64,000 nt of DNA, taken from assembly GCA_019420345.1 (NCBI GenBank), contig JAHZHI010000055.1:17871-81870 (forward strand). Direction: 5' to 3'. This document shows, piece after piece, positions 9,430-17,147 of the stretch. Under the pieces are notes generated by a model. That model did no database searches, was not told the DNA's origin, and saw nothing but the letters and a program-made list of their open reading frames with translations. Source of the stretch: Peptococcaceae bacterium (lineage in GTDB: Bacteria > Bacillota > Peptococcia > Peptococcales > Peptococcaceae). Both the position numbers and the translations under genes were made by a program. Positions within the stretch are counted from its first letter, which is position 1. The number at the start of each line of letters is the position of its first letter.

Positions 9430-10071
9430 TTAATCCACGCACGCATCCAAGAGCTTGAAAGCCAAAAAGCACACCACCAACACACCTGCCACAACAGCAA
9501 TGTGAACGCTACAGAGAAAGGTGGTCAGATAGATGCTGGCCAGCAAGGACGCTGCCAGCACCACAAACACCAGGACGAAAAGCCTGCCCAATTTGTCGTC
9601 GAAGGCATGGCGGGAGATGCTGTGAAAAATATAAAACGCCGCTGCCAAAATCAGAACTTGCCCGATCACATCGCCCAAGGTCAGCGGCAAATACGGCCCG
9701 TCCTGCGCGCCCACCATACCAATCACCCCATAGGCCAACCAGATCACACCGAGCACCACAAACGCCAGCAGCACATTGCGTACACTATCCAGTAGGCGTT
9801 CCTTTTGCGAGCGCGGCGGCAAGGCCGCAATCACCGCTTCGCAGAAGGCCTGCGCATCCTCACCCAGCACCTCTTCCGCCGTGCGCCCCTCGGCCTGGGC
9901 ATCCAGCAGCATATGCGTGATGTCCCGCCGCACCAGCTCCTGTTCGTACTCGCTGATGTTCGCCGAGCGAATGTAGACAACGATGTTCGTCATCACCTGC
10001 TGATTGTCCTTGTTCAACTGAGCATCCAAAGCATTGTTGACGCGCAGCAGTTCTTTCGTTCGTTTGCTCAT
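9430..10071 (-). CDS. PadR-associated membrane protein, paralogue 4 (DUF1048/DUF1129/HAAS-like N-domain plus TM domain)
   Basis: Starts MSKRTKELL. Conserved block DITHMLLDAQAEGRTAEEVLGEDAQAFCEAVIAALP, followed by about 4 TM helices. Confidence 0.6.
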   Translation of the reverse strand: MSKRTKELLRVNNALDAQLNKDNQQVMTNIVVYIRSANISEYEQELVRRDITHMLLDAQAEGRTAEEVLGEDAQAFCEAVIAALPPRSQKERLLDSVRNVLLAFVVLGVIWLAYGVIGMVGAQDGPYLPLTLGDVIGQVLILAAAFYIFHSISRHAFDDKLGRLFVLVFVVLAASLLASIYLTTFLCSVHIAVVAGVLVVCFLAFKLLDACVD

Positions 10072-10085
10072 GGTCATTCTCTCCT

Positions 10086-10745
10086 TCAAGCCTGTCTTTT
10101 GTCAATAATACGAGCAAGAAATACCCACGCCAATCCAACAAGCGCAACCACGCCAATGAGCAGAACCATATTCACAACGATCATTGGCTGTCCGAAAAAA
10201 CTATCAATGATCACGTCTCCCGCAATCAGGCAACACAATAATACAACATATAAGCCAACCACTCGCCCCGGCATGTCACTGAATGCATACTGTGCATTGT
10301 TCCACGAAATATACCAAGCCAAGACAATGAAACCAAGATAAAGCCAAATTCGTCCAGCTGTGAATGGAATATCTGGCCAAGCAGCCAAATTGTTGAACAG
10401 ATCCAAAACAATCCAAACCGCCAGGAAAACAAACAACTGCGCCAAAAATTGCTGTGCCAACGCCATCCACTTCATAACTGGTGACAAACGTGGCGCCGCC
10501 GCGATCACCTCATCGCAAAAAACACGGTAATCATCGCCGATAACCTCCTGCACAGACTGCCCGCGTGCCTGGCCTTCCAACAGCATATTGACGATATCGT
10601 GGTAAATCAATGTTTTCTGATCAGCACCAACATCAGTAAAACGAAGATAGTCCTTCATCTGCTGCATAAATTGCGCATAGTCAGAATGAAGTTCTGCTTC
10701 CATCTTTTTAATCTCTTTTCTAGCGATACGTGTCCGTTTACTCAT
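10086..10745 (-). CDS. PadR-associated membrane protein, paralogue 3
   Basis: Starts MSKRTRIARKE. Block DIVNMLLEGQARGQSVQEVIGDDYRVFCDEVIAAAP, then TM helices. Confidence 0.6.
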   Translation of the reverse strand: MSKRTRIARKEIKKMEAELHSDYAQFMQQMKDYLRFTDVGADQKTLIYHDIVNMLLEGQARGQSVQEVIGDDYRVFCDEVIAAAPRLSPVMKWMALAQQFLAQLFVFLAVWIVLDLFNNLAAWPDIPFTAGRIWLYLGFIVLAWYISWNNAQYAFSDMPGRVVGLYVVLLCCLIAGDVIIDSFFGQPMIVVNMVLLIGVVALVGLAWVFLARIIDKRQA

Positions 10746-11478
10746 GGTCGTTCCCTCCTTCATCCACATGTTCATTCAACCAGAAAAAGGCCCCCACCAA
10801 CAGCGCTTGCACCGCCACATTCACCACAAGCGGCAGCATAAATAATGGCTCTGTCAAGAAATCCGGTAACTGCACCCAACGACTGCCTATGTTTATGACA
10901 TACAATAATGCAAAAAATGCCACATAGTACAACACTTTTCGACGCAAAGAAAATTGAACATCGGCCTGCCAGCGTCTGCGTGTCACAGAGATCCGCGCGC
11001 ACGCCCAGCTCAAAACCATCAGCAAAAGCACTTGCAGCACCGTAAACGGCACACTTGTCGTCACACCATAATATTCTTTGACAACCTCCCACACCCCAGG
11101 AACCGACGAGTAGATCAAATAAATCTCGATGACAGGCACTAAAAAAGCCAGTGCCCAGCCGAGAGCCAGCCCGCCAATACCATCGCGTCCCATGCGCAGC
11201 CGCCGCTCACGCAGCGTAGGCTGCGGCAAAGCACCAATGATCGCATCACAAAACGCGCGGTGGTCTGTCCCCAAGACGTCTTCAATGCTGCGTCCCTGTG
11301 CCTCTGCCTCCAACAACAATTGTGCAATATCACACTGCACACTCAGCCGATGATAAGCACCAATATTTTTCATCTTTAAATAAGCAATCATCTTGTCCAA
11401 TGCAGCTGCCGCAGTCGGCGTCAGCTTTGGATATAAATTGTACAGTTCATCTTTCAGCGCACGCGTCCGTTTGCTCAT
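10738..11478 (-). CDS. PadR-associated membrane protein, paralogue 2
   Basis: Starts MSKRTRALKDE. Block DIAQLLLEAEAQGRSIEDVLGTDHRAFCDAIIGALP, then TM helices. 8-nt overlap with paralogue 3. Confidence 0.6.
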   Translation of the reverse strand: MSKRTRALKDELYNLYPKLTPTAAAALDKMIAYLKMKNIGAYHRLSVQCDIAQLLLEAEAQGRSIEDVLGTDHRAFCDAIIGALPQPTLRERRLRMGRDGIGGLALGWALAFLVPVIEIYLIYSSVPGVWEVVKEYYGVTTSVPFTVLQVLLLMVLSWACARISVTRRRWQADVQFSLRRKVLYYVAFFALLYVINIGSRWVQLPDFLTEPLFMLPLVVNVAVQALLVGAFFWLNEHVDEGGNDHE

Positions 11479-11494
11479 GGTCGTTCTCTCCTTC

Positions 11495-12154
11495 TCATTG
11501 CACCCATTTCAGCATTTTTTTCACAAGCAACACGAAAACAAGCAAAACCAGCAAATAGAACATCAGCGGAATATGCAGCTGCAGTGTTGGTACCAATCCA
11601 GCAAAGGCACCACATACAGCTGCTGCAAAGGCCAAAAGAAGCACCGGTCCTAACTGGTCTCGCCATGTACCGTGCAATTCCTGGCGTGCATGATAATATC
11701 TTGCCACATGAATGATTAAAAGCATTGCAAAGAACTCGGCAGTTGTCTGCGGCATTAGAACAACGGACCAAACATCCGCATTGTCCTCCAGCACCTCCAA
11801 AATGTGCCCAATCAGTTCAAAGGCCAGATAGAAGATCACAGCCAAAACCACATCGCACAGTTTGTTGATTAACCTGTTTCTCCAAGCCAGGCGCGGCAAT
11901 GCTGCAATCACAGACTGGCAAAAAGCTTCATAGTCTTCACCGATAATGTCTTCCGCCCCGCGTCCACATCGTTCTCCGTCCAAAAACATTTGTAAAATGT
12001 CCCACTTCACATTAAGACGCTCTTCAATAGCGATCGGTGCAGTGTCGATATAGTCGCAAAGATCTTCAAAAAGCCTCCTGTTTTCTTTGCCGAGCGATTT
12101 TTCTAGCGCATAAATCTCGCTGTAGCTCAGTTTGTTCCTGCCAGATGCGTTCAT
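11495..12154 (-). CDS. PadR-associated membrane protein, paralogue 1
   Basis: Block DILQMFLDGERCGRGAEDIIGEDYEAFCQSVIAALP, then TM helices. A GGGGGA RBS lies about 8 nt before the ATG at 12154. Confidence 0.6.
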   Translation of the reverse strand: MNASGRNKLSYSEIYALEKSLGKENRRLFEDLCDYIDTAPIAIEERLNVKWDILQMFLDGERCGRGAEDIIGEDYEAFCQSVIAALPRLAWRNRLINKLCDVVLAVIFYLAFELIGHILEVLEDNADVWSVVLMPQTTAEFFAMLLIIHVARYYHARQELHGTWRDQLGPVLLLAFAAAVCGAFAGLVPTLQLHIPLMFYLLVLLVFVLLVKKMLKWVQ

Positions 12155-12485
12155 CTTGCGTTCCCCCTTCGTCGTTCAGCAGCGTCTGTACGGCGGCGGC
12201 CATTTCGCCAAAATCACTCACAAACTGGGACAGTTCTTCGCGGCCGGCATCGGTGAGATGGTAGTACTTGCGCTTTGGGCCGACATCAGAGGCACGGTAG
12301 ACGGCTTCCAGGCGGCCGTTTTTTTCCAAACGCAGGAGCAAGGGATAGATGGTGCCTTCTGTGATTTTCCCAAATCCATAGTGTTCCAGCTGCTGCGAAA
12401 TTTCGTAACCATAGGTTTCATTTTGTGCAATGATGGCGAGCACACAGCCTTCAAGCACACCTTTGAGCATTTGTGATGGTATCAT
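12066..12485 (-). CDS. PadR family transcriptional regulator
   Basis: From MIPSQMLKGVLEGCVLAII..ETYGYEISQQL...GTIYPLLLRLEKNG...KRKYYHLTDAG, the canonical PadR wHTH. The 139-aa product has a tail overlapping the next gene by 89 nt. Confidence 0.85.
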   Translation of the reverse strand: MIPSQMLKGVLEGCVLAIIAQNETYGYEISQQLEHYGFGKITEGTIYPLLLRLEKNGRLEAVYRASDVGPKRKYYHLTDAGREELSQFVSDFGEMAAAVQTLLNDEGGTQDERIWQEQTELQRDLCARKIARQRKQEAF

Positions 12486-12573
12486 GGGATCACCTCCAGC
12501 TATCTTGCAAAGCAAAGTAGTTCTTTAGCTATATTGTATTGCAAAGTAGCTAAGACTGTCAATATGTAAGCAC

Positions 12574-12614
12574 AAAAAAAGAAGCATTCGCTGGGAATTC
12601 CCATACGAATGCTT
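12574..12614 (-). terminator. rho-independent terminator after the MATE gene
   Basis: Stem aagcattcg / cgaatgctt, with an inner gggaattccc palindrome. The A-run at 12574-12580 gives the T-tract on the minus strand. Confidence 0.7.
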
Positions 12615-12624
12615 TTTGTCTATG

Positions 12625-13992
12625 TTAGGCCAGCGAACGCTGTTTGCTGTCAGAAAGATGCCGCACCGTCCAGAGCATGGTGCAATAACAGCAAAGGCCG
12701 CCGATAAAATTGGAAATTGGCTCTGCCAGAAACACACCCATAACGCCGAGACCGCCAATCTGTGGCAAAATTATCGTCAACGGCACCACAATGATGACCT
12801 TGCGAAACAGCGAAAAGAACGTCGCTTGTTTCGACTTACCAAGACCAACGAAGGTGCTCTGCCCCACCGACTGAAAAGCCATGAAGAAGAAGCCAAAGAA
12901 AAAGAGATGCATGGCCGGTGTGCCTTTGGCGAGCAGCTCCGGATCCGAATTGAACACATGCATGATGGGCTGCGGCAGAAGAAAGATGATGAGCCAGCAC
13001 AGCGCCATGTATACCACAGTGACAGGCGTGGTGAAGCGGATAATCTGGCGAATACGGCCCAGTTTGCGGGCACCATAGTTGTAGCCGATGACCGGCTGGG
13101 CCGCGTTGGTAAAACCATGCAGCGGCAGAGACACCACGTCACGCACCGAATTCAGCACGGTCATGATGCCAATGTAAATATCGCCGCCATAGATGCCAAG
13201 CATGTTGTTGGCTGCCACTTGGACAATGCCATTGGTGGCCTGCATGACAAAGCCTGCAACGCCCAGTTGTGTGATTTGCTTGGTGGCGGTCAGATCGATC
13301 CGCGCCTGACGCACCCGCAGCGGTGTCAGCGAGCGACGGCTGGTGAGAAACGCCATGACCCAGATCACCGACAACAACTGCGAAATGACGGTGGCGATGG
13401 CTGCCCCAGAAATGCCCAAATCCAGCACGAAAATAAAAATAGGATCGAGAATGATGTTGATGATTGCTCCGATGAGGATGGTGAACATCCCTGTCTTGCC
13501 ATAACCTTGCGCGTTGATAAAACCATTCATGCCTGTCGCCAGCATGACCAGTGGTGTGCCAATAAGATAGATGCGCAAATAAGCCGCGCTGTACGGATAG
13601 GTTTCATCACTGGCACCGAACAAATAAAGAATCGGGTGCATAAAGACGAAGCACAGCACCATGACCACCACCGATGTCAGCAGCAACAGCAAGAAAGCGT
13701 TTTCCATATAACGGCGCTCAGCGGCCGCATCCTGTTTGCCGCGGGCAATGGAATAAAGCGCCACGCTCCCAGTGCTGAACAGATTGGTAAACGCCATGAT
13801 GATGGTGATGATCGGAAAGGTCAGACCCAGCCCAGTGAGAGCAATGGAAGACGTTCCCGGCAAATGGCCAATATAAATGCGGTCGACGAGATTATAAGCC
13901 ATCTGCACCAGCTGCGCCAAGGTCATCGGAATCGCCAGATCAATGATGTGGCGTGGAATGCTCCCAACTGAAAAATCATTTTCCACACTCAT
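12625..13992 (-). CDS. MATE family efflux transporter
   Basis: 455 aa, 12-TM pattern. MATE-typical N-terminus IIDLAIPMTLAQLVQMAYNLVDRIYIGHL. Start MSVEND is at 13992 with a GGAGG RBS. Confidence 0.85.
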   Translation of the reverse strand: MSVENDFSVGSIPRHIIDLAIPMTLAQLVQMAYNLVDRIYIGHLPGTSSIALTGLGLTFPIITIIMAFTNLFSTGSVALYSIARGKQDAAAERRYMENAFLLLLLTSVVVMVLCFVFMHPILYLFGASDETYPYSAAYLRIYLIGTPLVMLATGMNGFINAQGYGKTGMFTILIGAIINIILDPIFIFVLDLGISGAAIATVISQLLSVIWVMAFLTSRRSLTPLRVRQARIDLTATKQITQLGVAGFVMQATNGIVQVAANNMLGIYGGDIYIGIMTVLNSVRDVVSLPLHGFTNAAQPVIGYNYGARKLGRIRQIIRFTTPVTVVYMALCWLIIFLLPQPIMHVFNSDPELLAKGTPAMHLFFFGFFFMAFQSVGQSTFVGLGKSKQATFFSLFRKVIIVVPLTIILPQIGGLGVMGVFLAEPISNFIGGLCCYCTMLWTVRHLSDSKQRSLA

Positions 13993-14578
13993 TGCCAGCA
14001 CCTCCTTCTGCACGCGCCGACGCGGCATGCAGTCCATCAATATAGCTCTGCACGGCCAGGCGGTACGACGCCGCCGGATCAATGACAGGCTGGGTAAAAT
14101 AGCCCGCTTCCTGCAGCATCAGATAGCCATGAATGAGCCCGCGCAGCATGCGGTGCATGGCGACCACCTCCTGCGGCGGCAGATGATACGCTTCAAGCGC
14201 ACTGTAAAACGGCGCCAATGTTTCTTTAAAGGGGCCGCTCAAGGCCTCACCTTCTTTATTGCGCATGGCAATCGTCGCTTTGTAAAGTTCGGGATTCTCT
14301 TTCCCAAAACGATAGTACGCCTCGGCCAGCGCCCGCACCGCTTCATCCCCCTGTTTGCCAGCGATGGCCGCGCTCAGCACATCGTGCACCTGTCCCATCA
14401 CCGTTTCACCAACAGCGGTGTACAGTTCATCGATGTTGGCCACATGGTTGTACAGCGACGCCGCACGCACCCCCAGTCGTGCGGCCAATTCGCGCAGTGA
14501 AAACGCGTCCAGCCCCTGCGCTTCAATCATGGCCACAGCCTCAGCAACAATAAGATCTTTTGTCAAGCCTTTTCTCAT
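13976..14578 (-). CDS. TetR/AcrR family transcriptional regulator
   Basis: HTH region FSLRELAARLGVRAASLYNHVANIDEL. It overlaps the MATE start by 17 nt, so the two form an operon. Confidence 0.85.
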   Translation of the reverse strand: MRKGLTKDLIVAEAVAMIEAQGLDAFSLRELAARLGVRAASLYNHVANIDELYTAVGETVMGQVHDVLSAAIAGKQGDEAVRALAEAYYRFGKENPELYKATIAMRNKEGEALSGPFKETLAPFYSALEAYHLPPQEVVAMHRMLRGLIHGYLMLQEAGYFTQPVIDPAASYRLAVQSYIDGLHAASARAEGGAGNECGK

Positions 14579-14590
14579 ACAATCATCCCC

Positions 14591-14611
14591 TTAACTAACG
14601 ACGTTAGTTAA
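14591..14611. promoter_or_regulatory. perfect 21-bp palindrome, candidate TetR operator
   Basis: ttaactaacg-a-cgttagttaa has 10-bp perfect arms and lies 13 nt upstream of the TetR start. A degenerate second copy aactaacaccgttcgtt follows. Confidence 0.5.
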
Positions 14612-14660
14612 AATTTTAAACTAACACCGTTCGTTTGTCAATAAAGACGCAATATTCTTC

Positions 14661-14724
14661 TTGACAACGCTCACCAGTGTGGTATTCTATATGTAGAATT
14701 TTTATATATAGAAATCCTACATAT
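14661..14724 (+). promoter_or_regulatory. promoter plus inverted repeat (candidate PadR operator)
   Basis: TTGACA at 14661-14666, a 16-nt spacer, TATTCT at 14683-14688. Then an inverted repeat atatgtagaattt / aaatcctacatat (12 of 13 bp) spans 14689-14724. Confidence 0.4.
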
Positions 14725-14744
14725 TATTTTAAGAAGGCGATACC

Positions 14745-15065
14745 GTGTATTATCCGCTATCTTCACTGCTCATCGAGTGTCTCATCCTGGCGATTGTTCG
14801 TGAACAAGATTCCTACGGCTACGAGATCAGTCAAACCGTCAAACTCGTTGCTGCGATCAAAGAATCCACCCTCTATCCCATTCTGAAAAAACTCGAAACC
14901 AACGGTTACCTCACCACCTATTCCAAAGCCTTCAACAATCGAACGCGCAAATACTACCATCTTACCGACGCCGGGCGCGCTCAGCTGGAATTTTTGCAGC
15001 AGGAATGGCAGGAATACCGCAGCACCATCGACGGCATCATTGAAGGGAGCATTCGACATGAATAA
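14745..15065 (+). CDS. PadR family transcriptional regulator
   Basis: GTG start. Motifs SYGYEISQ, STLYPILKKLETNGYL and RKYYHLTDAG. Confidence 0.85.
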   Translation: MYYPLSSLLIECLILAIVREQDSYGYEISQTVKLVAAIKESTLYPILKKLETNGYLTTYSKAFNNRTRKYYHLTDAGRAQLEFLQQEWQEYRSTIDGIIEGSIRHE

Positions 15066-15657
15066 CGAAACCTATCAGCGCATTCTCACAAAAGACGAGT
15101 ATCTCGCAGAACTCAGCCGCTATCTGCGCAAGCTGCCGCAGGATGATTACGAAAGCGCCATGGCCTATTTCACCGAGTATTTTGAAGAGGCCGGTCCTGA
15201 AAACGAAGCGCAGGCCATCAACGATCTTGGCACGCCGAAAGAAGCAGCCGCTGAGCTGTTGCAAAACCTCCTGCACGATGATGGACAGCAGCACAAAAGC
15301 GACACCGCACGCACATTGAAAATCGCAGCGATTGCCATGCTGCTCTCGCCGCTTGGCTGGCTTGGACTTATCGTTGGCGGCGCGCTGCTGATTGCAGCCG
15401 CTGCCGTTATCGTCGCCATCATCGCCAGCGCCATCGCGGTCGATGCCGCGCTGTTTTACAGTGGCGGTGCACTCATCATGTACACCATCACAACCCTCGG
15501 CCACTCACTGCCTGCCGCCGGGGTTGTCGGTGGAAGCGGCATTCTCTGTCTCGGCCTCGGCCTGCTCATCATCACCATCGGCCTTGCCCTTTGCCGCGGC
15601 ATCGTCCATGGTGTCATGCTCCTGATCCGCCGCCTCTCACAGAAAGGACGTGTTTAA
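15058..15657 (+). CDS. DUF1700 (HAAS-type) membrane protein
   Basis: MNNETYQRILTKDEYLAELSRYLRKLPQDDYESAMAYFTEYFEEAG is the DUF1700 N-domain, with a TM-rich C-terminus. 8-nt overlap with the PadR stop. Confidence 0.7.
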   Translation: MNNETYQRILTKDEYLAELSRYLRKLPQDDYESAMAYFTEYFEEAGPENEAQAINDLGTPKEAAAELLQNLLHDDGQQHKSDTARTLKIAAIAMLLSPLGWLGLIVGGALLIAAAAVIVAIIASAIAVDAALFYSGGALIMYTITTLGHSLPAAGVVGGSGILCLGLGLLIITIGLALCRGIVHGVMLLIRRLSQKGRV

Positions 15658-15660
15658 TCC

Positions 15661-16494
15661 ATGAAAAAGCTCAATAGGATTCTTCTTGTTCTCAGCCTTG
15701 CGCTCTGCCTGGTCGGCGGCGTCCTGCTCGCTGTCGGTGCCTTTGCCGGCGGCATTGACGACGCCCAGGAGATCGCCGGCACTCGTACACGCACCTACAA
15801 CCAGGAAAAAATGCAGCTCGAAGACTTCACAGCCATCGATGCCGATCTCGCCACTTCCGATCTTGAGATTCGCCCATCCAGCGATGACCACGCCTATCTG
15901 GAATATCACATTGACGCCCCACTTGACCGTCAGCCCCTTGAAACGACCGTGCAAAATCAGGTGCTCACCCTGCGTGATTGGCGCGAAGGCGAAAGCAACG
16001 ACGTCACACCTTCTGTCTCAAATCTTCTCAGCTGGCTGCCATATGGCGAACATCGCAGCATCAATAACAGTGAAGTCATTCTCTACCTGCCTGCGACCAC
16101 CTTTGAGCGCTGCACCATCGACATGGACATTGGCGAACTCACCATCGATGGACTGAATGCCAGCGCACTTGATCTGTCTCTCAGCGTCGGCGATCTTACC
16201 CTTAAAAACTGCACCTTTGCCAGCAGCGACATTGACCTGGACCTGGGCGACGCCAATGGTGACAATATCTCCATGACTGGCGACAACAGTGTCAGTCTCT
16301 CCACCGGTGACCTTTCCTTCAAACTGACAAATCCAGATACTCTGAACATTAACGCCGATACAGACATAGGCGACGTTAACACCAACGACCGCTACACTGG
16401 TAACCTTAGCGACAGCCACTTCAACCAAACCAGCGACAACGCCAGCGGCAGCCTCACCCTTTACGCTGACCTTGGCGACATCACACTCGAATAA
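15661..16494 (+). CDS. DUF4097-like beta-repeat protein (putative adhesin/LiaG-like), N-terminal TM anchor
   Basis: Repetitive D-L-x-L-x-x-G-D strands (LDLSLSVGDLTLKN, IDLDLGDANGDNISM, SLSTGDLSFKL, YADLGDITLE). It completes the usual PadR-DUF1700-DUF4097 triad. Confidence 0.65.
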   Translation: MKKLNRILLVLSLALCLVGGVLLAVGAFAGGIDDAQEIAGTRTRTYNQEKMQLEDFTAIDADLATSDLEIRPSSDDHAYLEYHIDAPLDRQPLETTVQNQVLTLRDWREGESNDVTPSVSNLLSWLPYGEHRSINNSEVILYLPATTFERCTIDMDIGELTIDGLNASALDLSLSVGDLTLKNCTFASSDIDLDLGDANGDNISMTGDNSVSLSTGDLSFKLTNPDTLNINADTDIGDVNTNDRYTGNLSDSHFNQTSDNASGSLTLYADLGDITLE

Positions 16495-16555
16495 ACATCA
16501 TCACAACCTCATTCTTTATCATTTATTGAACGAAAAAAATATTTCTCTCCGTTTT

Positions 16556-16583
16556 GAAGCAGCAAATTGGCTGCTTCTTTTTT
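16556..16583 (+). terminator. rho-independent terminator
   Basis: gaagcagc-aaattg-gctgcttc followed by TTTTTT. Confidence 0.75.
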
Positions 16584-16629
16584 ATGTTCCGAAAATAGTG
16601 TCTGTTAATTGCTGCTCCCGTTATTTTCA

Positions 16630-16675
16630 TTGACACAAGCTGCCTCTCGCACTATTATAGTTCTGAAACGAACTA
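16630..16675 (+). promoter_or_regulatory. sigma-A type promoter plus candidate MarR operator
   Basis: TTGACA at 16630-16635, a 17-nt spacer, TATTAT at 16653-16658. A perfect inverted repeat tagttc-N6-gaacta sits at 16658-16675. Confidence 0.5.
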
Positions 16676-16694
16676 TTTTCAAAGGAGTGTCTGT

Positions 16695-17147
16695 ATGGAT
16701 ACGCACTGGAACATTCTATTCACCGTCAAAGAAGCCTATTCAAGCTGCATCCATCCGATCTGCGAAAAATACGGCATCAATTTAATGGCATATTCTATTT
16801 TAATGTTATTGGCAGACAATGCAGCGCAAAATACGGCACAAGAGCTCGCAAACACCTATCATTTGTCAAAATCACACATCTCAACATCCTTGACAGCATT
16901 GGAAAACAAAGGCTACATACAACGTTTGAAAAAAAATGGCCAGCGAAAAAACATCCACATCAAGATACTGCCAGCCGGGTTTGAAGTTGTCACAGCAGGA
17001 AAATCTGCCCTGGGCGACCTGGCACAAGTTGCTGCGCAGGGATTTTCAGAGCAGGAAGCCCTTTTTTTAAACAATAGTTTGATTAGGCTCAACGACAACC
17101 TGGAACGATACATTCAAGGAAAACAGGAGGAAAAACAATCGTTATGA
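16695..17147 (+). CDS. MarR family transcriptional regulator
   Basis: 150 aa with the wHTH region AQELANTYHLSKSHISTSLTALENKGYIQR. Confidence 0.8.
   Translation: MDTHWNILFTVKEAYSSCIHPICEKYGINLMAYSILMLLADNAAQNTAQELANTYHLSKSHISTSLTALENKGYIQRLKKNGQRKNIHIKILPAGFEVVTAGKSALGDLAQVAAQGFSEQEALFLNNSLIRLNDNLERYIQGKQEEKQSL

Noticed and set aside
12616-13971. Long antisense ORFs in the track. Examples: 12616..13971 (+, 451 aa), 27186..28202 (-, 338 aa), 47053..48585 (+, 510 aa), 34720..35634 (-, 304 aa), 31896..32789 (-, 297 aa), 24153..24947 (+, 264 aa).
   Set aside because: Each lies entirely opposite a gene with unmistakable family motifs (MATE, alr, FtsX permease, amtB, gltB, ribBA). Their translations are low-complexity and His/Arg/Gln/Gly-rich, with no RBS or family signature. 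This is the usual shadow-ORF pattern of high-GC coding DNA.
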